From Candidatus Eiseniibacteriota bacterium (GTDB lineage: Bacteria; Eisenbacteria; RBG-16-71-46), in the NCBI GenBank assembly GCA_031370785.1, contig JANMQY010000049.1:1-54135 (forward strand): a stretch of DNA of 54,135 nucleotides, written 5' to 3'. Positions 37,028 to 45,674 of this stretch are shown piece after piece (position 1 is the first letter of the stretch; every line of letters starts with the position of its first letter). Below the pieces are notes generated by a model. That model had not been told where the DNA came from. It did not search any database and saw only the letters and a list, made by a program, of their open reading frames with translations. The translations under genes and the position numbers were made by a program.

Positions 37028-39826
37028 ATGCGCCGACTTCCTTTCCTCGCACAAGTCACGCTCGCGCTCGCGCTCTCCTTGTTCGCGTCGCTCGCCCATG
37101 CCCAGGACAGGGGCTCGATCACGGGGCGGGTCATCGACCGCAAGACGGGGCACGCCATCCCGTTCGCCACGGTCAGCGTCATCGGCACCCAGCGCGGCGC
37201 GCTGACCAATTCGGAGGGCGTCTACCAGATCAGCGCCGTGCCGGCGGGCACGTGGGAGGTCAAGGCGCAGTACCTCGGCTTCAAGCCCGCCTCCAGGACC
37301 GGCGTGGTGGTCGGACCGGGCAAGCCGGTGCTGGTCGACTTCGGGCTCGAAGACATCGTCGTCAAGGAAGAGAAGGTCGTCGAGGTGACCGGGGAGCGGC
37401 GGCTGGTCGAGGTGAAGCAGGGCGCCACCATTCGCCACGTGACCGCCGGCGAGATCCGCAACCTCGCGGTGACCACGGTCGGCGACGTGCTGCAACAGCA
37501 GGCCGGCATCAGCACCGACGCCGAGCAGATTCACGTGCGGGGCGGTCGCGCCGACGAGACCGTGTTCGTCGTGAACGGCGTGGCCAACCGCGACCTGGTG
37601 ACCGGCCAGTCCACCGCCGGCCAGCTGAACGCGCGCTCGGTCTCGGAGGTGAACGTCGCCACCGGCGCCTTCGACGTGCGCTATGGCAACGCGCTCTCGG
37701 GCGTGGTCGAGATCCAGCTCAAGGAAGGCACCGACAAGTTCGAGGCCGGCATCACCACCGCGGCCGGCAGCTACGGCGGTCGCATGATGCAGCTGGTCAC
37801 CGGCGGCCCCGACCCGCTGTGGATGCCGACTCTGCGCCGTCTCGGGCTCAAGCTTCCGGGCACGGTCACCACCATCTTTGACGTCTCGGGTTCTCTCAGC
37901 GAGACGCGCTTCAGCTATCTCAACAACCAGCATGCCAGCCTTCTCGAATCCTCGGTGCTGCCGCCCAACTCGCATCCGCGCCTGCGCTCGAGTTACGAAG
38001 ACTCGTTCCTCGGCATGAAGTTCCGTTACCCCGAGTCGCTGTCCCCTTCCGAGGACAATCGCTGGGCCGCCCGCTACGGGCTGACCTGGAAGCCGAACAA
38101 TCGCGACAAGCTGACCTACACCTTCTCCAAGCGCATCGCGATCGACCAGGGCTTCAGCCGCACCTTCCTCACCGCGCAGGGCGACCTCGGCGATCCGGCG
38201 TTCCCGTGGGCGTGGTACCACCGGATCGGCAATGCGTCGACGTTCTTCGAGGACAACGTGCAGTCGTCGGTGCTGTGGCGGCGCACGCTCTCGGCGACCG
38301 GACACGCCGAGGCGCAGGTCTCGCGCTACTTCTTCGCCCAGCGTCAGGACGTGAACGGCAAGATGTGGGGAGACTACGTCGAGCCGGACGACCGGGGCTC
38401 GTTCCCGGTCGGCGATCCCCGCCGGGACGACTACTTCTACGATACCGGCGACAACAACCAGTGGTCGGACCGGCGCACCAACAGCTGGGGCATCAGCGGA
38501 ATCGTTACCCAGCGCATGCACCACAACGAGATCGAGGCCGGGATCGAGCATCAGTTCCAGACCGTTCAGTACCTCGATGTCGAGTATCCGTGGATCTTCG
38601 ACCAGAACGGGCTCGGTGAATCGCACGACCTCTGGAAGGTGCATCCGTGGGTCGGCGACCTGTTCGTGCGCGACCGGCTCGAGTACGAGGGCTTCGTCGC
38701 GAGCGTGGGCGTGCGCGTCGACTACTGGATGATCGGTCGCGAGGCCGAGCAGGCGCTCGGCGACACCACGCGCCACAACATCTCGGTTGCCGAGCGCAAC
38801 GGCTTCTACGACGAGACCAGCTCGTTCTTCGGGCGGCGCATGAAGATTCACACCTCGCCGCGCGTGATCGTGTCGCACCCGATCACCGAGAACAGCAGCT
38901 TCTTCTTCAACTACGGCCAGTTCACGCAGATCCCGTCCTATCGCTACGTGTACTCGAAGCTCAGCTCGATCTCGAGCGAGTCGTTCCCGCTGCAGGGGAA
39001 CCCGAACCTGAATCCGCAGATCTCGGTGAACTACGAGGTCGGGGCGAAGCACCTGTTCATGCCGACCGCGGCGGCGAACCTGACCTTCTTCGTGCGCGAC
39101 GTGTACGACTACCCGAGCGCCTCGCGCGTCAATCCGCTCGAAGGGTCGAACCTCGCGTCGTATTTCATCTACCTGAACGGGCACTTCTCGCGCTCGAAGG
39201 GGGTCGAGATCGAGATCGAGAAGCGCCGCTCGCATCACTGGTCGGCGAAGACCTCGTACTCCTACCAGCAGACCAAGGGCAAGAGCAGCAATCCCAACGA
39301 AGAGAAGGTGCTGCAGGAGATCGGCGGAAACGCGCAGACCCGCCTGTCCGAGGTTTTCGTGAGGTGGAACCGCCCGCACAAGCTCACCGGCAGCTTCGAC
39401 GTGCGGTTCGACGACGATGCGCCGAGCACGATGCCCTGGCTGCGGCGCTCCGGAATCAACGTCTTCGTCCAGGGCCAGTCGGGGCGCGCGTACACGCCTT
39501 ACGACCTCGCGAACCAGAATCCGATCGGTCTGCCCCATTCGATGAACGCGCCCTTCCAGGTTACGACCGACCTCAAGATCAATCGATGGTTCAAGATGAT
39601 GGGCCGCCGCTTCGACCTGAGCCTGCAGGGCACCAACATCTTCAACAACTACCTGCCGTCGCGCATCGATGCGATCACCGGCCGCGGCTACATCTGGGGC
39701 GAGGGCCAGTTCGATCCCACCTACGTGCACAGTCTCAACCAGTTCGTGAAAACCGGAACCGTCGACGATCCGTCCAACTACGGTCCCGGCGCCCAGTGGA
39801 GGCTGCAGTTTGACGTCGACATCTAG
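37028..39826 (+). CDS. TonB-dependent receptor with N-terminal carboxypeptidase-regulatory-like domain
   Basis: Signal peptide, G.ITGRVID..TG..IPFATV, plug IHVRGGRADE..F.VNG, TGAFD.RYGNALSGVV, GNPNL.P...NYEVG, N.FN barrel end. Confidence 0.92.
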   Translation: MRRLPFLAQVTLALALSLFASLAHAQDRGSITGRVIDRKTGHAIPFATVSVIGTQRGALTNSEGVYQISAVPAGTWEVKAQYLGFKPASRTGVVVGPGKPVLVDFGLEDIVVKEEKVVEVTGERRLVEVKQGATIRHVTAGEIRNLAVTTVGDVLQQQAGISTDAEQIHVRGGRADETVFVVNGVANRDLVTGQSTAGQLNARSVSEVNVATGAFDVRYGNALSGVVEIQLKEGTDKFEAGITTAAGSYGGRMMQLVTGGPDPLWMPTLRRLGLKLPGTVTTIFDVSGSLSETRFSYLNNQHASLLESSVLPPNSHPRLRSSYEDSFLGMKFRYPESLSPSEDNRWAARYGLTWKPNNRDKLTYTFSKRIAIDQGFSRTFLTAQGDLGDPAFPWAWYHRIGNASTFFEDNVQSSVLWRRTLSATGHAEAQVSRYFFAQRQDVNGKMWGDYVEPDDRGSFPVGDPRRDDYFYDTGDNNQWSDRRTNSWGISGIVTQRMHHNEIEAGIEHQFQTVQYLDVEYPWIFDQNGLGESHDLWKVHPWVGDLFVRDRLEYEGFVASVGVRVDYWMIGREAEQALGDTTRHNISVAERNGFYDETSSFFGRRMKIHTSPRVIVSHPITENSSFFFNYGQFTQIPSYRYVYSKLSSISSESFPLQGNPNLNPQISVNYEVGAKHLFMPTAAANLTFFVRDVYDYPSASRVNPLEGSNLASYFIYLNGHFSRSKGVEIEIEKRRSHHWSAKTSYSYQQTKGKSSNPNEEKVLQEIGGNAQTRLSEVFVRWNRPHKLTGSFDVRFDDDAPSTMPWLRRSGINVFVQGQSGRAYTPYDLANQNPIGLPHSMNAPFQVTTDLKINRWFKMMGRRFDLSLQGTNIFNNYLPSRIDAITGRGYIWGEGQFDPTYVHSLNQFVKTGTVDDPSNYGPGAQWRLQFDVDI

Positions 39827-40829
39827 GCGCGTTGCATTCGCGGCCGCGGCTCTCGCGGTGTGCGCTGCGGCTGCCGCCGGAGTGCTCTCGCCTGCCTTCG
39901 CGCAGAGCTCGCTCGGCGAGCAGCGCGCGGGGACTTCCTCGGGCACTTTCCTGCGCATCGGCGTCGGCGCGCGCGCCGAGGGGATGGGGGAGACGTTCGT
40001 CGCGGTGGCGAACGACCCGAGCGCGATCTACTGGAACCCTGCCGGGCTCGCCTCGATCCAGGGACACGAGGTCGCCGCCTCGCACGTGGACTGGCCCGCG
40101 AACATCCACTACGACCACCTCACGCTGGTCATTCCGTGGCAGAAGCTGAGCGGAACGATCGGAGTGCAATTCGGCCTGCTCGGCACCCGGATCGAGGAGA
40201 CGACCGAGCTGCAGTCGTTCGGCACCGGCCGCGAGTTCGCATACACCGACATGGTCATGGGCGTCGCATTCGCGCGGCGCTGGACCGACAAGCTGCTGGT
40301 GGGCGCCGGGATCAAGCTCCTGCGCGAAGACCTCGGCTCGCAGGTCGGCGGCCCGACCATCAACGCCGTGCTGTACGACGTCGGCTCGATCTTCTACCTG
40401 GGTCTCGGGAGCGTGCGCATCGCGACCGCGCTCTCCAACTTCGGTGCGGAACTGCGTCCCTCGGGGTCCTACGTCTCCGCGGTGACCGGCGAGGAGCGCC
40501 GGTACGACGGCTTCGATCCACCCATGACCTTCCATTACGGGGTCGCGTTCGAGCCGGTGGAGAATTCGACCACGCGCATCACCACCGCGATCGAGATGAA
40601 CCAGCCCGCCGACAACCAGCAGCAGCTCAGAACCGGAATGGAGTGGTCCTACCGCCGGTTCTTCGCGCTGCGCACCGGCTACAACTTCAATGCCGACCAG
40701 CTGAAGTTCAGCGCGGGCGCCGGGTTCTCGGGCGACTTCGCTTCGCTGCGCGGCACCCTCGACTACGCCTATACCGACGGCGGCGTACTCGGCGGCATCA
40801 ATCGCCTGTCGCTGGGGGTGAAGTTCTGA
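39810..40829 (+). CDS. PorV/PorQ-family (FadL-like) outer membrane beta-barrel
   Basis: FLRIGVGARAEGMG..FVAVANDPSAIYWNPAGL is the PorV-family N-terminal signature. ALRTGY and a C-terminal Phe (LGVKF). Start codon uncertain (TTG 39810). Confidence 0.88.
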   Translation: MTSTSRRVAFAAAALAVCAAAAAGVLSPAFAQSSLGEQRAGTSSGTFLRIGVGARAEGMGETFVAVANDPSAIYWNPAGLASIQGHEVAASHVDWPANIHYDHLTLVIPWQKLSGTIGVQFGLLGTRIEETTELQSFGTGREFAYTDMVMGVAFARRWTDKLLVGAGIKLLREDLGSQVGGPTINAVLYDVGSIFYLGLGSVRIATALSNFGAELRPSGSYVSAVTGEERRYDGFDPPMTFHYGVAFEPVENSTTRITTAIEMNQPADNQQQLRTGMEWSYRRFFALRTGYNFNADQLKFSAGAGFSGDFASLRGTLDYAYTDGGVLGGINRLSLGVKF

Positions 40830-42010
40830 TGCGCCGGATCACGCCATTCCTCCTCACCGTCCTGCTCGGGCTGGTCAGCAGCTGTGGAGCCGAGTTCGAG
40901 CTCCCGACCGAACGCAAGGTCGCTGCGGTGGTGCCCACCGACAAGAGCTACGCGATGCTCGCCACGTGGAAGGGCATGGACGGCGTCCGCGACGTCATGA
41001 TCACCCGGGGCCGCGGGTCGCAGCTCTTCATGTTGTTCAATCACGGCGGCAGCGGCGGACCGGCGACGCCACGTGGCGAGGTCAAGCTCTTCCCGTTCAC
41101 GCAGCCCAATCCGATCGGCGCTCCGTTCTTCGACACGCCGCGCACGGTGTTCAATCCGGTCGCGATCGCCTCGGCCGAGAACAAGCTGTTCGTGCTCGAC
41201 GAGGGCGATTCGTGCATGGCCAAGTACGACCCGGTCCGCAGCACCTGCGAGCCGGACCCGACGCGCAACGGCCGGCCGAACATCGTGTACGACTACTCGG
41301 CGATCTGGCGGGTCCGGGAATATCCGATCACCGGCGGCGACACGATCTCGACCTTCACCGACACCAGCTTTGCCTACGTGAACGGGGTCGCCGCGGATGA
41401 CCGGGGTTACGTCTATGTGTCCGGCATCGCGGTCGTGCTCGACACGCTACAGACCGATCCGCGCATTCGCACGCGCAAGTTCATCTCGCGCATCTACCGC
41501 TACATTCGCGGTCCGCGCTATCCCGGCGTCGTCCCGAGCGACGCCTACATGCCGGGGGCGAACTGGCACCGCGACTCGACCTGGAGAGTGGTGGACGGGA
41601 GCGGAGCATCCTCGGTGCAGGATCCACGCGGAATCACCTGGGCGCCACTCCAGGGAGGAGCGGTGCTGGTCGCCGACCGGGGGAACAACAAGGCCAAGCT
41701 GATCGGCACGCTCGCGCCCAACGTCGGATACGCCCGGATGGACGGCAGCGAAACTCCGACCGGCACCAGTTTCAGCGCGCCGCACAACGTGGCCGTGGAC
41801 GAATCGGGCCACCTCTACGTGGTCGATCGGGGTAATCACCGCGTGCTCCGATACGACACCTTTGGGGGCTACATCCAGGATGTCAACGTCGAGAACAATT
41901 CGGACGGTCTGCCTCTGCTCGATCCGGTCGCCGTCGGGGTCGACGATTCGCTCGCGTACGTCGGGGACCTCGGCCGCGGACAGGTGATCCGCTTCAAGAG
42001 GCGCCCGTGA
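40829..42010 (+). CDS. NHL-repeat beta-propeller lipoprotein
   Basis: Lipobox LVSSC. NHL repeats FNPVAIA..LFVLD, PRGI..VLVADRGNN, P.NVAVD..GHLYVVDRGNHRVLRYD. ATG overlaps the porV stop (TGATG). Confidence 0.82.
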   Translation: MRRITPFLLTVLLGLVSSCGAEFELPTERKVAAVVPTDKSYAMLATWKGMDGVRDVMITRGRGSQLFMLFNHGGSGGPATPRGEVKLFPFTQPNPIGAPFFDTPRTVFNPVAIASAENKLFVLDEGDSCMAKYDPVRSTCEPDPTRNGRPNIVYDYSAIWRVREYPITGGDTISTFTDTSFAYVNGVAADDRGYVYVSGIAVVLDTLQTDPRIRTRKFISRIYRYIRGPRYPGVVPSDAYMPGANWHRDSTWRVVDGSGASSVQDPRGITWAPLQGGAVLVADRGNNKAKLIGTLAPNVGYARMDGSETPTGTSFSAPHNVAVDESGHLYVVDRGNHRVLRYDTFGGYIQDVNVENNSDGLPLLDPVAVGVDDSLAYVGDLGRGQVIRFKRRP

Positions 42011-43998
42011 TCCGATTCCGCACTCTGATTCTGGCGGCCGGAACGGTCGCTCTCTGCGGAGGGTCGGCGCGTGCCGCCGAGGACCATCCGCGGATGGCGG
42101 AGCCGCTCGGGGTCCGACGCATCGAGGGCAGCGCCGCCGACTCGATCCAATTCGCGGTGCGCGTGATGAACGGCAACAAGGTGGGGCTCACGATGACCAA
42201 CTATGGCTTCATCGGGACCAACTTCTCGTCGTTCGCGCCGTCGTTCGAGTACCCGCTCGGATCCAGCCACATGCACATGGTGCGCGGCGGTCCGTGGATC
42301 GGCGCGATCTCGGCCGACGAGAACGGCGCATTCGTCGGAGTTTCACTTGCGGCCGAGGATGGCGCGGCCGGAAGCAACAGTGCCGGATCGAGCGAATTCA
42401 CCCCCGCGGGAACCTTCGTCGGTGCGAGGTCGACCCTGCCGAACAGCCGTTTCTACGATCCGGACGCGATCAGCGAGCTCGATTTCATCTCGCGCTACAG
42501 CGATCGGCCCGCCGACCAGCGCAAGAAACATCGGCCGCTGAACGTGATCGTGAGCCAGTACGCGTTCGAGTGGTCGTTCTCCGACTACGCGCACTTCGTG
42601 ATCTTCCACTACGTCATCAAGAACGACGGTCCGCCGCTGCGCAACGTGTGGGTCGGCATGTACGACGAGCTGGCCAGCGGCAACATGCGCCTTCAGAGCC
42701 AGTACCCGCCGACCGGATGGTTCTCGAAGAAATACATGACCTGGGTGGACTCGCTGAACATGGTGACCGAGCGGTTCTGCCAGAGCCGGCAGTACCCGGC
42801 GCAATGCCGGTTCGACCTCGTGCCCGAGATCGTCGGGGTCAAGCTGCTCGGGGTGAAGCCGGGAAACTTGCGAGACACGACCGACAAGAAGGTCACGCTG
42901 GCGCTGTGGACCTACGCGCCCGGCAGTGCCGCGCGCGACGAGGACAGTCTCAAGTACGTGATCATGTCGGCCGGGACCAGGCAGAGCCTGAATCCGCTTC
43001 CGGACAGCCTGGCACCCGGGACCGGGGATCCGGTTTCGCTGCTCGCGGCGGGGCCGTTCAATACGATCAACCCGGGCGACAGCATCTCGGTGGACTTCGC
43101 CTACCTCGGTGCACTCAGCTACGCGGACCTCTCCCGGCGGGCGGTAATCGCACAGCGCGCATACGATCTGAACTATATCGTCCCGGTTCCGCCGCCATCA
43201 CCGCGATTCAAGGTGGTCGCTCGAGACCACGCACTCGACTACTACTGGGACAACTCGAGCGAGGACGTCATCGATCCGACCAGCCCGGTCGGAAAGGATT
43301 TCGAGGGTTTCCGCGTGTACGTCGGCGAGGCCCGCGACACGCTCGATCTGATCGCCCAGTACGACCTGACGACCGCGCCTCACGACTCGACCGGGTTCAA
43401 CACCGGGTTCGGTGCGGTCCGGCTCGCCCAGCCCGCGGTCATCGACGGTGTGACCTATCAGTACAAGTACACCGTCGACAACCTGCGCGATGGCTTCAAG
43501 TACTTCTGCGCGGTGACCGCGTACGATCTCGGCACGCCCGAGATCGAATCCCTCGAGAGCGGCATCTCGCAGAACGAGGCGGTGGCGGTGCCCGCCCCCA
43601 CGGTCGGTGAGATCGCCGGCAAGGTGACGGTGTTCCCGAATCCGTACCGGGTCGAGGCGCTGTGGGATCGCCAGCGCCAGGCTCGCGACCACTACCTGTG
43701 GTTCGCGAACCTTCCGCAGCAGTGCTCGATCAACATCTACACGCTGTCGGGAGATCTCGTGTACCGCACCGACTTCGACGGCCGGACCTACGACGGAAGC
43801 AACGCGCGCGGCATCTACCAGCCCGGAACCGACATCAAGCCGACGCTGTCGGGCGCCACCTTCGGCTGGGACATGATCACGCGGCGCGGACAGGCGGCGG
43901 CGACCGGACTCTATATCTGGGCGGTCGAGGACAAGCAGAACGGCAAGCGACAGACCGGCAAGTTCCTCATCGTGAAGTCCGATCGGGAGAGCTTCTGA
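42007..43998 (+). CDS. Exported protein with FN3-like domain and T9SS-like C-terminal domain
   Basis: Signal peptide, N-terminal TNYG..G..FEYP.GS, FN3-like DFEGFRVY...Y.CAVTAYD, CTD VFPNPY..F.NLP..C.INIYTLSGDLV..WD..T..G..GLYIW..GKFLIVK. Confidence 0.75.
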   Translation: MIRFRTLILAAGTVALCGGSARAAEDHPRMAEPLGVRRIEGSAADSIQFAVRVMNGNKVGLTMTNYGFIGTNFSSFAPSFEYPLGSSHMHMVRGGPWIGAISADENGAFVGVSLAAEDGAAGSNSAGSSEFTPAGTFVGARSTLPNSRFYDPDAISELDFISRYSDRPADQRKKHRPLNVIVSQYAFEWSFSDYAHFVIFHYVIKNDGPPLRNVWVGMYDELASGNMRLQSQYPPTGWFSKKYMTWVDSLNMVTERFCQSRQYPAQCRFDLVPEIVGVKLLGVKPGNLRDTTDKKVTLALWTYAPGSAARDEDSLKYVIMSAGTRQSLNPLPDSLAPGTGDPVSLLAAGPFNTINPGDSISVDFAYLGALSYADLSRRAVIAQRAYDLNYIVPVPPPSPRFKVVARDHALDYYWDNSSEDVIDPTSPVGKDFEGFRVYVGEARDTLDLIAQYDLTTAPHDSTGFNTGFGAVRLAQPAVIDGVTYQYKYTVDNLRDGFKYFCAVTAYDLGTPEIESLESGISQNEAVAVPAPTVGEIAGKVTVFPNPYRVEALWDRQRQARDHYLWFANLPQQCSINIYTLSGDLVYRTDFDGRTYDGSNARGIYQPGTDIKPTLSGATFGWDMITRRGQAAATGLYIWAVEDKQNGKRQTGKFLIVKSDRESF

Positions 43999-44000
43999 CC

Positions 44001-45458
44001 ATGCGCCGTCTCCTCGCCCTCTCGGGTCTCGCATGCGCCGCGGCGCTGTTCGCGCTCGCGCCTTCCGGCTGCGGGGTCAAGGGCACGACCCGCCCGATCC
44101 TTCCGCCCGAGACCACGATCTTCATCGAGGGCCAGGTGGACACGGTGAATCACATCGTCCACCTGCACTGGTTCGGGAGCGAGCCGAACGGATACATCGC
44201 GGGATTCGAGATTCGCCTGCTCAATCCTGCGGCGCCGGCCGACACGCTCTGGCAGTTCACTACGCTCACCGACAGCGTCATCACCGTGTTCACCCCGAGC
44301 GGCTTCAGCGCGACCGTGTTCGAAGCGCGCGCGATCGACGACAAGGGGGTGAAGGATCCGACCCCGGCGCGGCAGCCGTTCAACTTCGGGAACACGCCCC
44401 CGATCGTGAAGCTGGTCGGCAAGCCGAACGCGAGCGACCGATCCGACACCACCTTCGCCTCGGTCACGGTGGACTGGACCGTGAGCGACCCGGACGGAGA
44501 CGCGAGCAAGGTGGTCATCCGCGCGTGGCTGGACGGACTGGTCGACGCGCCGGATTACGTCGTCGGCACGAGCTTCACCGTGCCGAGCGACCGCTTTCTC
44601 ATCGGGGGCGTCTACACCTCGGGTCGACGCACGCTCCACATCCAGGGCATCGACGATGGCGGGATGGCGGGGCCGATCGACAGCGTCACCTGGTACGTGA
44701 AGAAGCCGGTGGCCGGCTCGCGGGCGCGGCTGCTGCTGGTCGACGACGTGCCCACCACCGATGCCGCGAAGCCGCGAAGCGACACGCTGTACGCGAACGC
44801 GATCGCCAACGCCGGCCTTCAGCCCGGCACGTGGTCGGTCCTCCACCTTCAGTTCAACAAGCCGTTCCGGTCGGCGAAGGACATGGAGCAGACCCTCAAG
44901 CTGTTTGAAACGGTCGTGTGGTACCGCGGGGAACAGTCGGCGTTCTCGTCGATCCTTGCGAACTATGGTGAAGGTATTGGGCCTTATCTGGACGCCGGCG
45001 GCCGGATGTTCATCGAGTCCCTCAACCTGACCACGGCCATGAGCACCAATGGCGCGCTCTCCCTCGATTTCGTCGACCGCTACCTGAACTCGAACGGGGT
45101 GTTCCAGTTCGGGCTGGCCCCGGATTCATCGGCCGCCTGGGGTCTTTCGAACACCGGGGTCATCTACTGTCCGACGCTCGCCGACAGCATGCTGAACCGG
45201 CGGATCATCTCCGGGCTCCGGGGATTCCGGACGCGTAGCTCGTCCCAGATCCTGTTCATGGTGAACGCCCATACCTTTTCACAGGACAATCCCATTCCCA
45301 TGGCGGTGGCGCTGGATGTTCCGCAGGCCCAGGGGGGGCGGTTCATCGTGGACACGTTCCCCATGGTTTCCGGCACCATCTCGTCGCCGGGCTTTCCGCA
45401 GCGGGCGAGCGTCGTCCTGCTCAAGATCTTCGGGCTGCTCGGCCTCACCGGACCCTGA
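44001..45458 (+). CDS. Hypothetical lipoprotein with Ig-like beta-sandwich domains and a C-terminal alpha/beta domain
   Basis: Lipobox APSGC. PPETTI, FEARAIDD.G..DPTPA, NTPP, W..SDPDGD, LLLVDD..VVWY.G..YLDAGGR. Confidence 0.75.
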   Translation: MRRLLALSGLACAAALFALAPSGCGVKGTTRPILPPETTIFIEGQVDTVNHIVHLHWFGSEPNGYIAGFEIRLLNPAAPADTLWQFTTLTDSVITVFTPSGFSATVFEARAIDDKGVKDPTPARQPFNFGNTPPIVKLVGKPNASDRSDTTFASVTVDWTVSDPDGDASKVVIRAWLDGLVDAPDYVVGTSFTVPSDRFLIGGVYTSGRRTLHIQGIDDGGMAGPIDSVTWYVKKPVAGSRARLLLVDDVPTTDAAKPRSDTLYANAIANAGLQPGTWSVLHLQFNKPFRSAKDMEQTLKLFETVVWYRGEQSAFSSILANYGEGIGPYLDAGGRMFIESLNLTTAMSTNGALSLDFVDRYLNSNGVFQFGLAPDSSAAWGLSNTGVIYCPTLADSMLNRRIISGLRGFRTRSSSQILFMVNAHTFSQDNPIPMAVALDVPQAQGGRFIVDTFPMVSGTISSPGFPQRASVVLLKIFGLLGLTGP

Positions 45459-45674
45459 GCCGTGGGGGCCTGACCCCTCCTTTTCCCTTACCCAACACCC
45501 GCTTTGCATGGTAGCGTTTCTGCCGCGTTCATCTGCTATCCAGATCGACCAAGTGACAGGCGTCAAGTCTGGCCATGCGCCCCGCGCGGCGCAGGGAGGT
45601 GTCGCCAACGACTCGAGTCCGCACCGTGGGTTCCACACTCACCGCGCTTCTACTCCAACTAGGGGTGCCCCATC

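Noticed and set aside
36953..39958. 1001-aa minus-strand ORF
   Set aside because: Antisense shadow of the TonB-dependent receptor.
39860..42010. 716-aa ORF as a single protein
   Set aside because: The first half is an off-frame reading of porV. The lipoprotein signal begins at ATG 40829.
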